The notes under the pieces: model-generated
What the model was told of the DNA's origin: nothing
Database searches by the model: none
What the model saw: only the letters and a program-made list of their open reading frames with translations
Made by a program: the position numbers and the translations under genes
Source: an uncultured Eubacteriales bacterium
GTDB taxonomy: Bacteria; Acidobacteriota; Aminicenantia; Aminicenantales; Aminicenantaceae
Assembly (NCBI GenBank): GCA_964611275.1
Contig: CAZSZS010000172.1
Coordinates: 2,399-66,398 of the forward strand
Length of the DNA stretch: 64,000 bases
Direction: 5' to 3'
Shown here: positions 1 through 9,604 of the stretch, in pieces
Layout: every line of letters starts with the position of its first letter
Numbering within the stretch: the stretch's first letter is position 1

Positions 1-487
1 AACCACCTCGTCTGAATTTCTGAAGTTTTCCGTCGCTGCTTCGAGTCCCTTCCGGAAAAATAAGAAAGGAAACATTGTTTTTTTTGATCATGCGCACAGC
101 TCTCTGTACGGCTCTCTTCCCTCCCTGTTTTCCCATTCGGTCAACGGGAATGAAGTGAGCCTCTTTCATTGCCTGGCCCACTACAGGGAGACGGAATACG
201 CCCTGTTTCAGGATCACCCTTATATTCTGAGGGATGCATTTAAAGATAAGGGGCCCGTCCAGCATACTGAGGTGATTGGGCATGAAGATATATCTGTGGT
301 CTTTTTTTATCCTGTGGAGGCCCTTGTATTCAATTTTAAGCCCCAGAATGACCTCTCCTACAGAGACCGCATGTTTACTCAGTAAAAAAAGAGGTTCCGG
401 ACGGTTGAGAAGGGCACATACCAGAAGAATCGGTGTGAGCATGAGGGCGCAGAATACAATATAAACATAAAGGATGATAGAACGCAT
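1..487 (-). CDS. plsC: 1-acyl-sn-glycerol-3-phosphate acyltransferase (PlsC family), partial; 3' end runs off the left edge of the window
   Basis: Absent from the ORF track because it is partial. My own minus-strand translation from the ATG at 487..485 reads MRSIILYVYIVFCALMLTPILLVCALLNRPEPLFLLSKHAVSVGEVILGLKIEYKGLHRIKKDHRYIFMPNHLSMLDGP...FLIFPEGTRSSDGKLQKFRRGG and stays open to position 1. It has an N-terminal TM helix, an HX4D motif (NHLSMLD) and the FPEGTRS acyltransferase motif. Confidence 0.8.
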   Translation of the reverse strand, partial: MRSIILYVYIVFCALMLTPILLVCALLNRPEPLFLLSKHAVSVGEVILGLKIEYKGLHRIKKDHRYIFMPNHLSMLDGPLIFKCIPQNIRVILKQGVFRLPVVGQAMKEAHFIPVDRMGKQGGKRAVQRAVRMIKKNNVSFLIFPEGTRSSDGKLQKFRRGG

Positions 488-613
488 GATGTATCATTAT
501 AATGATTATTTTTGATGAATGCGAGATATGAAATTTGTTTTTCTTTGCTGTTTTTCTGAGTTGCTTTTTGCCGGGTAGTCATGATAGATTATTGGATTGG
601 AAGGGATTGAAAA

Positions 614-1180
614 TTGGATTATTTAAGAAAAATTACCGAAGAGCTGAATCAAACAGCCAGGAATTTTTTTGAAAAGAATGGGGATCTGCTTGAAGAAGTG
701 ATCCAGAAGACAGTAAAGCATTTAAACAAAGGAAAAAAGGTTCTGGTGTTTGGAAATGGAGGGAGCGCAGCTCAAGCCCAGCATTTTGCCGCAGAGCTGG
801 TAAACAAGTTCTTGAAAAACAGAAAAGCTGTGCCTGCTGTTTCCTTGACCACAGATACATCTGCTCTGACTTCGATCGCGAATGATAGAGGCTACAGTCA
901 CGTCTTCAGCCGTCAGATCGAGGCATTGGGCAAAGAGCAGGACGTAGCTGTGGGGATTTCAACCAGCGGGAATTCCCCGTCTGTGATCAATGCGTTAAAA
1001 GCAGCCCATGATAAGGGACTTATGACCGTGGCTTTAACAGGCAGAGGCGGGGGAAAACTGGCCCGGATTCCTGACCATCTTCTGGATGTACCCTCTGCAT
1101 CGACGCCCAGAGTTCAGGAAGTACACCTCTTGATCCTCCACATCATGGCCCAGGAAATCGAAGACCGCCTCTCAAAATAA
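614..1180 (+). CDS. gmhA: SIS-domain phosphoheptose isomerase (GmhA/DiaA family)
   Basis: 188 aa with a TTG start. Motifs VLVFGNGGSAAQAQHFAAEL and GISTSGNSPSV are typical of sedoheptulose-7-P isomerase. Confidence 0.8.
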   Translation: MDYLRKITEELNQTARNFFEKNGDLLEEVIQKTVKHLNKGKKVLVFGNGGSAAQAQHFAAELVNKFLKNRKAVPAVSLTTDTSALTSIANDRGYSHVFSRQIEALGKEQDVAVGISTSGNSPSVINALKAAHDKGLMTVALTGRGGGKLARIPDHLLDVPSASTPRVQEVHLLILHIMAQEIEDRLSK

Positions 1181-1189
1181 AGAGGATAC

Positions 1190-3043
1190 TTACCAGCTCC
1201 GCCAGAATCCGCCTCTCTTGGGCCTGGTCTTGGTTTCGAAAGACTTTTTCTCTTTTTCAGGTTCGCTCTTTTCCCCGCCTTCTTTATTTAAATAAACTCT
1301 GGATCTTTCTTCGCTTTTGTCTATTCTAAAGGAACGCTCAGCAGCCCACATCACTTCGTCTCTCAGACCTTCCTTAGCGACTTCTTCAGTAAATTGTCTC
1401 CTTCCCTGGACCAGCTTGTGGATATACTGCAGGATCTCCTGTTCAGAGTAATATTTTCCGGGGTCCCATTCATCAAGGTTTTGGCCTTCAGCCTTGATAA
1501 TATGCCGGGTACCCAGCCTTCCTTTCTCATAAGTATTGGTCCCGCGCACATCCCCTCTTTGAATCTGGGCCATAAGGTTTATGGGGATGCGCTTGACTTT
1601 ACGGACGAGCTTTTTTTTCTTTGTTCCGTTTTCCTCATAGGTTTCTATGATCTCTCCCACCCCTCCGGTGTTGTACTGCATGCACTTGAGTTTATCCGGA
1701 TAATTGCTGGAGAGAGTCATGAGGATCTCATAGAGGCGGTTGACCTTTTTGGCTCTGGACCCGATGATAAAAGGGTCTGTTCCTACGATCCGAACCGTCT
1801 CGCCGGCTTTGGCAGGCTGGCTGGCGTAAGAGTGAGTGCTTTCTCCCCATAAATAAGCAAGAACAGCCTGGGCCGGAGTGAGTTCCTGGGCAAAGGACAT
1901 AATAGTGTTTCGCCGTGTGATGAAAGCAAAGATCAGCCCATCCAGCTCTTCAATAGGAGGAAGATTAATGGAGTCGGAAAAGATGTTGACCATTTTTCCG
2001 TCTATTTTTACCTGCAGTTTTTTACGCTGGATCACGGCTCTTCCGTTGGCGGTCAAGCTTTCGTCCAGGAAGTCAGGTTCTCCGTTGGCCTTGATCATCA
2101 CGTTTTCATAAAGCGCTGATTTGTCAATCAAAGCATTGTACATGGCTTCCTGATATTTCTCTTCCACGTCGGTTTTGACAAAAAAGTTGTTCTCTGAACC
2201 AAAGGCAGAACCATCTTTTCTCAGAAAGCATATGTCATCCTGTGTCACAAGGGTTTTCTCGCTTTTGCTGTGGTCAAGCCCCAGTTGGTGGCATGACCAG
2301 GTGGATTTTCCGGTCGCAGTGAGACCGAAGAGGAACACGCCGTATTTTTTGAGTTTTTCATCCTGTCCCACAGCCGTCACTTTTTTGGTACCCGCATGAA
2401 GCCCCAGCATGCCTTTGGTATCAGCAGCCCACATGGCCTGGCGCAAAAATCCCTTTTTGTCCTCTCCCATATAGTCGGTCCCCAGTGCCACATTGATGTT
2501 GTGTTCCGGGATGGCCAGGACCTGCTGTTTTAGGGGATGTTCTTCGGGAATATGGATCATAGTGAATTCAGGTCCCGGTCTTTCTTTGGCGCTGTTTTCC
2601 GGTTTGAACATGGTCGTGCCCCACATGTACCCTATGCGGTAATTCACCACATCTGCTTCGGGAACAATGAGATGGCACATGGGATTGAACATGTCGTTTT
2701 CGCCCATCCTCCGGCGGATGTGGTAGAACGGCATGGTTCTGAGAAGATGAAGCACTTTATCCAGTTCTTCGGGGGCGGCCGCTATGATGCTTTTTTGCTG
2801 TTCACTTGGATTGGGAAGCCTGACCGGCTCTGTACCGAGGTAAACGGTTTTGGGAGCGATTCGGCTGGATATGGCTGCGCGCCATCCGTAGGAGCCGTAT
2901 TTTGTTTTAACTCCGGCGGATTTGGCACGTGATTCCAGCCAATTCATGTCTACTGTTCGAATATTGGGTCCCTGAAGGACTCTTTTTAGTTCTTCAGCGA
3001 ATTTCTGATAAGCCTTTAAATCAAATATGTTTTCGTCATTCAT
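1190..3043 (-). CDS. pckA: phosphoenolpyruvate carboxykinase (ATP)-like, divergent and extended (617 aa)
   Basis: GTDYMGEDKKGF and the kinase-1a P-loop LFGLTATGKSTWS, then QDDICFL, ALYENV and MQYNTGGVG, follow the order of the ATP-PEPCK motifs as I remember them from E. coli PckA. It has an unusual K/E-rich C-terminal tail (EKSEPEKEKKSFETKTRPKRGGFWRSW). Confidence 0.7.
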   Translation of the reverse strand: MNDENIFDLKAYQKFAEELKRVLQGPNIRTVDMNWLESRAKSAGVKTKYGSYGWRAAISSRIAPKTVYLGTEPVRLPNPSEQQKSIIAAAPEELDKVLHLLRTMPFYHIRRRMGENDMFNPMCHLIVPEADVVNYRIGYMWGTTMFKPENSAKERPGPEFTMIHIPEEHPLKQQVLAIPEHNINVALGTDYMGEDKKGFLRQAMWAADTKGMLGLHAGTKKVTAVGQDEKLKKYGVFLFGLTATGKSTWSCHQLGLDHSKSEKTLVTQDDICFLRKDGSAFGSENNFFVKTDVEEKYQEAMYNALIDKSALYENVMIKANGEPDFLDESLTANGRAVIQRKKLQVKIDGKMVNIFSDSINLPPIEELDGLIFAFITRRNTIMSFAQELTPAQAVLAYLWGESTHSYASQPAKAGETVRIVGTDPFIIGSRAKKVNRLYEILMTLSSNYPDKLKCMQYNTGGVGEIIETYEENGTKKKKLVRKVKRIPINLMAQIQRGDVRGTNTYEKGRLGTRHIIKAEGQNLDEWDPGKYYSEQEILQYIHKLVQGRRQFTEEVAKEGLRDEVMWAAERSFRIDKSEERSRVYLNKEGGEKSEPEKEKKSFETKTRPKRGGFWRSW

Positions 3044-3066
3044 GTTTGTGTCATAAGGATGTAACT

Positions 3067-5415
3067 CTATTCTTGTTTTTGCTTCATAATATCCAGTATA
3101 TGGTCAGGTTTTGCCTGGCCGCTGTTTATGAGGAAGCAGGATGTGCTTCCCAATAATCTTTTATAAAAATCTCTCTGTGATTCCATCCGGTCCGGTGTTG
3201 TCAGCAGAATATGGGGGTTGTAAAAGGGATTTGTTTTTGCCGGACCTATTTCCGGTAGGGTCCCCAGACTTTCTCCGGATTCCAGCATTCTCAGGGCGTC
3301 ATCCGCTTCCAGTTTGACGGAGGGAGGTGACACATTGTCTTTCCTTAGGATAAACAACCAGTTGAGGGCGCTGCGCTTGACATGTTTTTCAGGGCCTTTG
3401 ATCCAGTAAGGATCTAAGAGAGCATAAGATTTTTTCCCTGCTTCATAACAGAAGGGAGAACCTCTGTCCAGACGGCAGTCATCTTCCTCAAGGCAGGCCT
3501 GGTTTTGACATTCTTCTTTTTTGAGCACTACGTTTTCGCATTTGCTGTTGTCAAAAAACGAGGCAAATTGAGAGTCGTACTTTACCACATTGGTGGGCAT
3601 GAACAGTTTTCTTTCCGGAGTGTCGGCTATAGGAAGGCGGCCGGAAAATCTGACAAACACGATCTCGTTTGACTGAAGGCGCATGTCCGGATTCCGGAGC
3701 AAATCAAAGAAGATCTTTGTTTTACTGGTTCCTTTGGGGCCTATGAGGACAAAGGAATTTCCCTGGAATTCAGCAGACATGCCACGGACCGCATGAACGT
3801 TGAATAGCCTTTCTGAAACATCCATGACCAGACCGAATGCCAGGCTTCGCAGAGGACCGTAGTTATCTGTATTAACAAGGAATCCGGTTTTTGTGTCCGA
3901 GTTGTAAAAGGCCCGGGGTTCACGTCCGGGGATTTTGTCCACGGCATAGATGATGCCGTGAGGCTCTAGGTCTGACTCCAGTTGAGCCGGGTACCAGTTT
4001 TCAACCCAGAAGTCATAAAGATGGGGAACATTTGTCCTCAACTGAATGATAACTCCGTTGATATTTGCGTTCCATTCAAAATAGTTTTCATAACTGAGAT
4101 GGTTTTCCATTTCAGTGACCAGAGCTTCCTTCATCTGTACGGACAGGGAGGAATCAACAGGCGGGCTGGACTGGTAATGGGTTATTGAATTGTTAAGGGA
4201 AATTCTTTTAGTCTTTTTGGCGGGTTTGAGTTCGGAGAGAGCTTGAGTGATCCGGTCCATCCCTTCTTCGAGATTTTCCATGGACGTGGCATAGGATATG
4301 CGGAGATATCCTTCAGCCCCGAAAGCTCCGCCCGGAACGATCGCGACCCGTGCCTCTTTCAAGAGATAATATGCCATGCCAAAGGAGTTGCGCATTTGAT
4401 TATTTTTGAATTCTTTATCAAAAAACGAAGATACATTCGGGAAAAGATAGAAAGCCCCTTTGGATTCAAAGCAGGAGATTCCCGGTATGGATTTTAATCT
4501 CATGAGGGTATAATTTCTTCGTCTCTGGAATTCCGAAACCATCTTTGAAATGGTATTTTGAGGCCCGGAAAGAGCCTCAAGGCTTGCTTTCTGGGAGATG
4601 GAGCAGGCATTGGATGTGGTATGGCCTTGGATTCGATTCATAGCGCTTATGATTTCTGTGGGTCCGGCAGCATAGCCTATTCTCCAGCCCGTCATGGAAT
4701 AAGCCTTGGATACTCCGTTTATTATGACTGTTTTCTTTTTTACTTCTTCACCCAACGATGCAAAGCTGTGAAATTTCGCTTCTTCGTACACAAGTTTTTC
4801 GTAGATCTCATCAGCGATTACAAAGATGTCTTCTTCCAAAATGATATCGGCAAGTGCCTCCAGCTGTATTTTATTATAAACAGCCCCTGTCGGATTGCAT
4901 GGATTGTTAAGGATAATGGCTTTAGTTTTAGGGGAAATGGATGCTTCCAGCTGTTCGGGGGTTATCAAAAAGCTGTTTTCCTCTTTGGCTTGAATGGTAA
5001 CAGGTTTTCCCTTTGCTAAAGACACCGCATGAGGATAGGTTACCCAGTAGGGCGCAGGAACGATGACCTCATCTCCATCGTTTATAATAGCCTGGATGAG
5101 ATGATAGAGCGAGCTCTTGGCACCGGAGGAAATGATGATCTGGTTTTTTTCATAATCCAGGCCGTTGTCTTTTTTCAGTTTCTCTATGACCGCCTGCTTG
5201 AGTGAGGGCATCCCGTCTATCTGGGTATATTTGGTGAAATTTTCTTCAATCGCTTTGATACCAGCTATTTTGACATTTTCAGGTGTGGGAAAGTCGGGCT
5301 CTCCCACACTGAGATCGACCACATCAATTCCCTGGGCTTTCATCGCCTTAGCTTTGGCGTTTACTTTAAAAGTTGGCGATTCGCCGATTTGGTTTGCCTT
5401 TTCTGATAAAATCAT
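3067..5415 (-). CDS. fusion protein: class-I (aspartate/aromatic) aminotransferase at the N-terminus plus a PEPCK/HprK-like P-loop domain at the C-terminus
   Basis: 782 aa. Residues 1 to about 395 carry SVGEPDFPTP, NNPCNPTGAVY and SKAYSMTGWRIGY (PLP lysine context). Residues from about 440 to 782 carry NTDNYGPLRSLAFG, LIGPKGTSKT (Walker-A-like) and a terminal CFLINSG, paralleling GTDYMGEDKKGF, LFGLTATGKST and MQYNTGG of the neighbouring PEPCK-like ORF. Confidence 0.75.
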   Translation of the reverse strand: MILSEKANQIGESPTFKVNAKAKAMKAQGIDVVDLSVGEPDFPTPENVKIAGIKAIEENFTKYTQIDGMPSLKQAVIEKLKKDNGLDYEKNQIIISSGAKSSLYHLIQAIINDGDEVIVPAPYWVTYPHAVSLAKGKPVTIQAKEENSFLITPEQLEASISPKTKAIILNNPCNPTGAVYNKIQLEALADIILEEDIFVIADEIYEKLVYEEAKFHSFASLGEEVKKKTVIINGVSKAYSMTGWRIGYAAGPTEIISAMNRIQGHTTSNACSISQKASLEALSGPQNTISKMVSEFQRRRNYTLMRLKSIPGISCFESKGAFYLFPNVSSFFDKEFKNNQMRNSFGMAYYLLKEARVAIVPGGAFGAEGYLRISYATSMENLEEGMDRITQALSELKPAKKTKRISLNNSITHYQSSPPVDSSLSVQMKEALVTEMENHLSYENYFEWNANINGVIIQLRTNVPHLYDFWVENWYPAQLESDLEPHGIIYAVDKIPGREPRAFYNSDTKTGFLVNTDNYGPLRSLAFGLVMDVSERLFNVHAVRGMSAEFQGNSFVLIGPKGTSKTKIFFDLLRNPDMRLQSNEIVFVRFSGRLPIADTPERKLFMPTNVVKYDSQFASFFDNSKCENVVLKKEECQNQACLEEDDCRLDRGSPFCYEAGKKSYALLDPYWIKGPEKHVKRSALNWLFILRKDNVSPPSVKLEADDALRMLESGESLGTLPEIGPAKTNPFYNPHILLTTPDRMESQRDFYKRLLGSTSCFLINSGQAKPDHILDIMKQKQE

Positions 5416-5436
5416 CTTCTTAGTCTCAAATTAATA

Positions 5437-6843
5437 TCAGTCTTTTTCTTTCTTCTCTGTGCTGAATTTTTCCTTAAGGTATTCTTTAAGGTCAACACCG
5501 GTTAGGGATTTCACTACATCCGGCATTTGAGCAAGCACATCCGCGACCTGGGAAGTAATTTTTGTGGCTCCTGTTCCTTTTTCTCCTCCCACCAGAACGA
5601 TCTTATCGACCTTTGACAGGGGTTCGGAGACATTTTTCGCCAGCTCCGGGAGTATTTTCAGATAGTTATCAAGGAAGGCGGCCTGGTTGTATTTGCCCCA
5701 GGCTTCTGCTTTTTTCAGCATGGCTTCCGCCTCAGCAGCGCCCTGTGCTCTTATTCTCTCCGCATCAGCTATGCCTTCCAGTTTGTTGGCTTCGGCTTTT
5801 CCCTCTGCCTCTGCTTGGATGCGGTAGCCTTCAGCTTCAGCTTCTGCCTTGATCTGGTATTTTCGAGCATCTGAAGGTTTTATGACCGTGGCATCGAGTT
5901 CTTTCTCTTTTCGTTTGATCTCCATTTCTTCTATTTTTATGGCTTCCTGCTTTTCAATGGCCCTCACTTTTGCTTCTTCTTTTTTGATCTGCTGACTCAA
6001 TCGATAACGTTCCAGTTCGTAGGCATGGTCTGCCTGGGCTTTTTTACTGTTTACCTGTACTTGAGACTCTGCTTTTTTTGCTTCATTTTCCCACTGGGCT
6101 TTGGCAATCAGTGCTTCAGCGCTTAACCGGGCGACCTCTCCTTCTTTTCTAGCCTGCGACGATTTTATGACTGCCTCTTTTTCTGTCTCAGCTTCGGCAA
6201 TGGCTGCGTCTCGTTTGGCTGCGGCGATATGCGGCTTTCCCAGAGCATCCAGATAACCCTGAGTGTCACTGATTTCTTTAAGGGAGAAGGAAAGGAGCAT
6301 GAGTCCCATATTCGAGAAGTCATTTTTTACTGACTCAATGACCTTGCCAGCGAATTCATGCCTTCCTCTGTATATGTTTTCCACTGTCATCGACCCTATC
6401 GCGGCTCTCATCTTTCCGTCCAGGATCGTCTGGGAGACCTCTTTGATCCCTTCCTTGCCGGTCCCCAGGAATTGTTCGGCGGCAAGGTGGATCGAGTCTT
6501 CATCCGAGTTGATCTTAACTTGAGCCGAGGCTTCCGCTTGAATGAGGATTCCGTTGTGCGTGAGCACTTCCGGGGTTTTGAGGCTGAGATTGATCACATC
6601 CATGGGAAGGATGTTCACTGTTTCCAACAGAGGCCATACAAATGTCCCGCCACCCAAACGGTAGCGGTAACCTATTTTGCGTTTTCTTCCGTCCGGAAGG
6701 GTTATGGTCTTTTTCAAACCGCCTGAGATAATAAGGGCTTCATTGGGCCCTACTTTTCTGTACTGTTTGGCGATTAAAAAAGACAGGAGAACTATGGCTA
6801 TAATAATAATCGCGATTATTATTATTGTGGAGAGAGATATCAT
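5437..6843 (-). CDS. flotillin / SPFH (band-7) family membrane protein (YqiK/FloT-like)
   Basis: 468 aa with an N-terminal TM (IIIIAIIIIAIVLLSFLIA), an SPFH core, and a long Ala/Glu/Lys coiled coil (AEAEAEGYRIQAEAEGKAEANKLEG). An AAGGAGG RBS lies upstream. Confidence 0.8.
   Translation of the reverse strand: MISLSTIIIIAIIIIAIVLLSFLIAKQYRKVGPNEALIISGGLKKTITLPDGRKRKIGYRYRLGGGTFVWPLLETVNILPMDVINLSLKTPEVLTHNGILIQAEASAQVKINSDEDSIHLAAEQFLGTGKEGIKEVSQTILDGKMRAAIGSMTVENIYRGRHEFAGKVIESVKNDFSNMGLMLLSFSLKEISDTQGYLDALGKPHIAAAKRDAAIAEAETEKEAVIKSSQARKEGEVARLSAEALIAKAQWENEAKKAESQVQVNSKKAQADHAYELERYRLSQQIKKEEAKVRAIEKQEAIKIEEMEIKRKEKELDATVIKPSDARKYQIKAEAEAEGYRIQAEAEGKAEANKLEGIADAERIRAQGAAEAEAMLKKAEAWGKYNQAAFLDNYLKILPELAKNVSEPLSKVDKIVLVGGEKGTGATKITSQVADVLAQMPDVVKSLTGVDLKEYLKEKFSTEKKEKD
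6800..6825. repeat. 26-nt perfect palindrome (ATAATAATAATCG|CGATTATTATTAT) inside the flotillin 5' coding region
   Basis: Read directly from the sequence. Each 13-nt half is the exact reverse complement of the other. It encodes the poly-Ile TM segment IIIIAIIII. Confidence 0.9.
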
Positions 6844-6931
6844 CGTAACCTCCTTATTTCATACCATATAATACATTGAAAAAGTATTATAAAGATTTAT
6901 CAAATAATTTTAAAGAAATAAATTCTCCGGA

Positions 6932-7864
6932 TTAAAGGATTTGTTTTTTGAAATATTCCACGGTGCTCTCCAAACCCTGGTCAAGGCTGACTTTTGGCTC
7001 CCAGTTCAGCTTTTTTTTAGCAAGGGTGATATCAGGACACCTCCGCAGAGGGTCGTCTTTGGGAAGGGGTTTGAAGGTTATTTTGGATGTACTCTTTGTG
7101 ACTTGAATAATTTTTTCTGCAAGCTCAAGGATGGTGTGTTCCTCAGGATTGCCCAGATTGACAGGGCCTGTGAAATCTTCGGTTATCATCATAGATATCA
7201 GACCGCGGATCGTGTCCGAGACATGGCAGAAGGAGCGGGTTTGTGTGCCGTCGCCAAAAACAGTGAGGGGTTTTCCATTAAGCGCCTGTACAATAAAGTT
7301 ACTCACAACTCTTCCGTCATCCGAAGCCATATGAGGACCATAGGTGTTAAAGATGCGGCATATCCCTATATCGACTTTGTTTTGTCTGTGATAGTCCATC
7401 ATGAGAGTTTCAGCGACTCTTTTTCCTTCATCATAACAGCTTCTTATTCCAATGGGATTGGTATTTCCCCAGTATTCCTCGGTTTGAGGGTGCACGGCCG
7501 GATCTCCGTATATTTCGGATGATGAGGCAAGCAGGATTTTTGACTTTGTCCTTTTTGCCAAACCAAGCATGTTTATGGTTCCTATGACATTGGTTTTTAT
7601 TGTTTTTATGGCATTGTACTGGTAGTGGATAGGAGAAGCAGGACAGGCGAGATGATAGATGCCGTCGATTTCAGCAAAAAAAGGATGGATGATGTCATGC
7701 CTGATGAATTCAAAATAGGGATGGCTGAAATAATCCCTTATATTGTTTTTGCTTCCTGAGAAGAAATTGTCTATACAAAGGACGTCTTTTTTTTGTTTGA
7801 GCAGTTCTTTGCAGAGGTGGCTTCCTAAGAATCCAGCTCCCCCGGTGATCAGTATTCTGTTCAT
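6932..7864 (-). CDS. UDP-glucuronate decarboxylase (UDP-xylose synthase) / NAD-dependent epimerase-dehydratase
   Basis: 310 aa with an [14 protein letters not shown] Rossmann motif and CYDEGKR (YxxxK). Overall it resembles the UXS family. Confidence 0.75.
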   Translation of the reverse strand: MNRILITGGAGFLGSHLCKELLKQKKDVLCIDNFFSGSKNNIRDYFSHPYFEFIRHDIIHPFFAEIDGIYHLACPASPIHYQYNAIKTIKTNVIGTINMLGLAKRTKSKILLASSSEIYGDPAVHPQTEEYWGNTNPIGIRSCYDEGKRVAETLMMDYHRQNKVDIGICRIFNTYGPHMASDDGRVVSNFIVQALNGKPLTVFGDGTQTRSFCHVSDTIRGLISMMITEDFTGPVNLGNPEEHTILELAEKIIQVTKSTSKITFKPLPKDDPLRRCPDITLAKKKLNWEPKVSLDQGLESTVEYFKKQIL

Positions 7865-7866
7865 GT

Positions 7867-8616
7867 TTATTCCATATGATTGTAGGCAATGAAAAGGGGG
7901 CTTTTATTTTTGAGGACCTCTTTTTGTGACTGAACGATCTCCGTGATCCCTTTTTCAGCCAGGTCAAGGAGCTCAAGGAATTTTTTCTTCATAAAAGGAG
8001 ATTTTTCAGCAGATACCTGTATTTCCACAAAATGACCCGTATCCGTCCCGATGACATTCATATCTATGGAGGCATTTGAGTCTTCCACATAGTCAAGGTC
8101 CAGAAGGCATTCTCCGTTTACCATACCAACGCTTACGCCTCCGGCAAGGTTCTTCAGAGGCATCTGTTTGATCTGGTTTTCATCCAGGAGTTTTTTGAGT
8201 GCAAGAGCCAGGGAAATACAGCCCGCTGTAACAGAAGCAGTTCGGGTGCCTCCGTCTGCCTGTATCACATCACAATCGATGATAATGGTCCTCTCTCCCA
8301 GCGTTTTCAAGTCAGTCACAGCTCTTAGCGAGCGTCCGATGAGTCTCTGGATTTCTTTGGTTCTTCCCGAGATTCTGGCGCCTCTTTCTCTTCTTGTCCT
8401 TATCTCAGTCGAGCAGGGCAGCATGGAATATTCAGCGGTGATCCATCCCGAACCTTTGCCTTTGAGAAAAAGAGGTACATTTTCTTCTATGGTGGCTGAG
8501 GCAATGACTTTAGTTTTTCCCAGTTCTATTTGAACAGAACCGTCCGAATAGTCAAGAAGGTCTGGTTTGAATTTTAAGGGTCTTAACTGGTCCGGCCTTC
8601 TTTTATAGGATCTCAT
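7867..8616 (-). CDS. rph: ribonuclease PH
   Basis: [14 protein letters not shown] and [17 protein letters not shown] are present. The ORF track extends to 8670, but alignment to canonical Rph N-termini favours the internal start [13 protein letters not shown] at 8616. Confidence 0.9.
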   Translation of the reverse strand: MRSYKRRPDQLRPLKFKPDLLDYSDGSVQIELGKTKVIASATIEENVPLFLKGKGSGWITAEYSMLPCSTEIRTRRERGARISGRTKEIQRLIGRSLRAVTDLKTLGERTIIIDCDVIQADGGTRTASVTAGCISLALALKKLLDENQIKQMPLKNLAGGVSVGMVNGECLLDLDYVEDSNASIDMNVIGTDTGHFVEIQVSAEKSPFMKKKFLELLDLAEKGITEIVQSQKEVLKNKSPLFIAYNHME

Positions 8617-8692
8617 CTGTTTGATTCCGTCCCGAATATAAAGAATAGTACAGTTATCAAAAAAGTTCAAACATTAAAAATCAGGTGAAAGA

Positions 8693-9604
8693 TCATCCAC
8701 CCCCCCCAGCTTCATCTAATGGTCGGCTTCTCCATCGGTCATGAAACCATAACCATAGATGGGGATGCCTTTTTATTTCTTTTTCTATGATATCCGTGCA
8801 GATTTGTGTGATGTTTGTCACATCTTTGTCGACATCCCCTGTCAGCTTCAAATGAGGCGGCTCCATTATTTTCAGATGATAGCTGTGCCTTGCAGCAGGA
8901 TAACAAAAAATAGGAATTATGGGTGCCTCTGTTCTCAGAAAAAAAGTGGCCAAAGACGGAGTGGTGGAGGCTTTTTTTCCAAAAAACCGAACAAACACAC
9001 CTTCTTTTCGCAACACATTCTGGTCAATGAGCACAGCAACGATTTCATTTCTGCGGAGAGCCCTGAGGGCAGGCCTGGCCGCATTCTTTTTGTAGATCAC
9101 ATGGGATCCCACATTGATTCTCATCCCAGAGAGTTCTTTTTCCATAAGTGGATTGTCCAGGGGCCTTGCTATGACATTGAGTTTTTTATGTTTGGATAAT
9201 ATATGTGCTGCGATCTCCCAGAGTCCGAAATGCGCTGTAAAAACAAGGATCCCTTTTTTCCGGCTTAAATGATTTTCAAGTATTTCTTCTCCTTCCACTG
9301 AGATCAGTTTGTCTTTTTGTTCAGATTTAAGTCCGGATATTCGTATGAAGTCAACGAAGACCTGACAGAAATGGGTAAGAGAGGCCTTGATTATCTTTTT
9401 TTTAGCTTCAGGTGAGATTTTGTTTCCAAATGCTGTTGTTAAGTTGGAATAAGCTAAGCGTCTGTGTTTTTTATCCAACTCGAACAGGAGATGTCCCACT
9501 GTACGGCCCATGAAAAAAACGGCGTTTCTGGGGAGGATTTTCAGGAAGGCCTTAGCACCGTAGAAAACCGAATATTCACATTTATGTCTCAAGGAAGCGT
9601 TCAT
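8693..9604 (-). CDS. lipid A late acyltransferase family protein (LpxL/HtrB-like lysophospholipid acyltransferase)
   Basis: 303 aa with family-level resemblance. It overlaps lpxK by 4 nt (operon). The C-terminal GGGG is encoded by a C8 run at 8700..8707. Confidence 0.65.
   Translation of the reverse strand: MNASLRHKCEYSVFYGAKAFLKILPRNAVFFMGRTVGHLLFELDKKHRRLAYSNLTTAFGNKISPEAKKKIIKASLTHFCQVFVDFIRISGLKSEQKDKLISVEGEEILENHLSRKKGILVFTAHFGLWEIAAHILSKHKKLNVIARPLDNPLMEKELSGMRINVGSHVIYKKNAARPALRALRRNEIVAVLIDQNVLRKEGVFVRFFGKKASTTPSLATFFLRTEAPIIPIFCYPAARHSYHLKIMEPPHLKLTGDVDKDVTNITQICTDIIEKEIKRHPHLWLWFHDRWRSRPLDEAGGGG

Noticed and set aside
155-582. Tracked ORFs 155..385 (+), 276..464 (+) and 379..582 (-) at the left edge.
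   Set aside because: They overlap the minus-strand frame that encodes a clear PlsC acyltransferase (HX4D and FPEGTRS motifs), and they carry no motifs of their own. I treat them as shadow ORFs.
8700-8707. C8 homopolymer as a possible phase-variation switch in the lpxL-like gene.
   Set aside because: It encodes the last four Gly residues, immediately before the stop codon. Slippage would change only the extreme C-terminus, so an on/off switch is unlikely.
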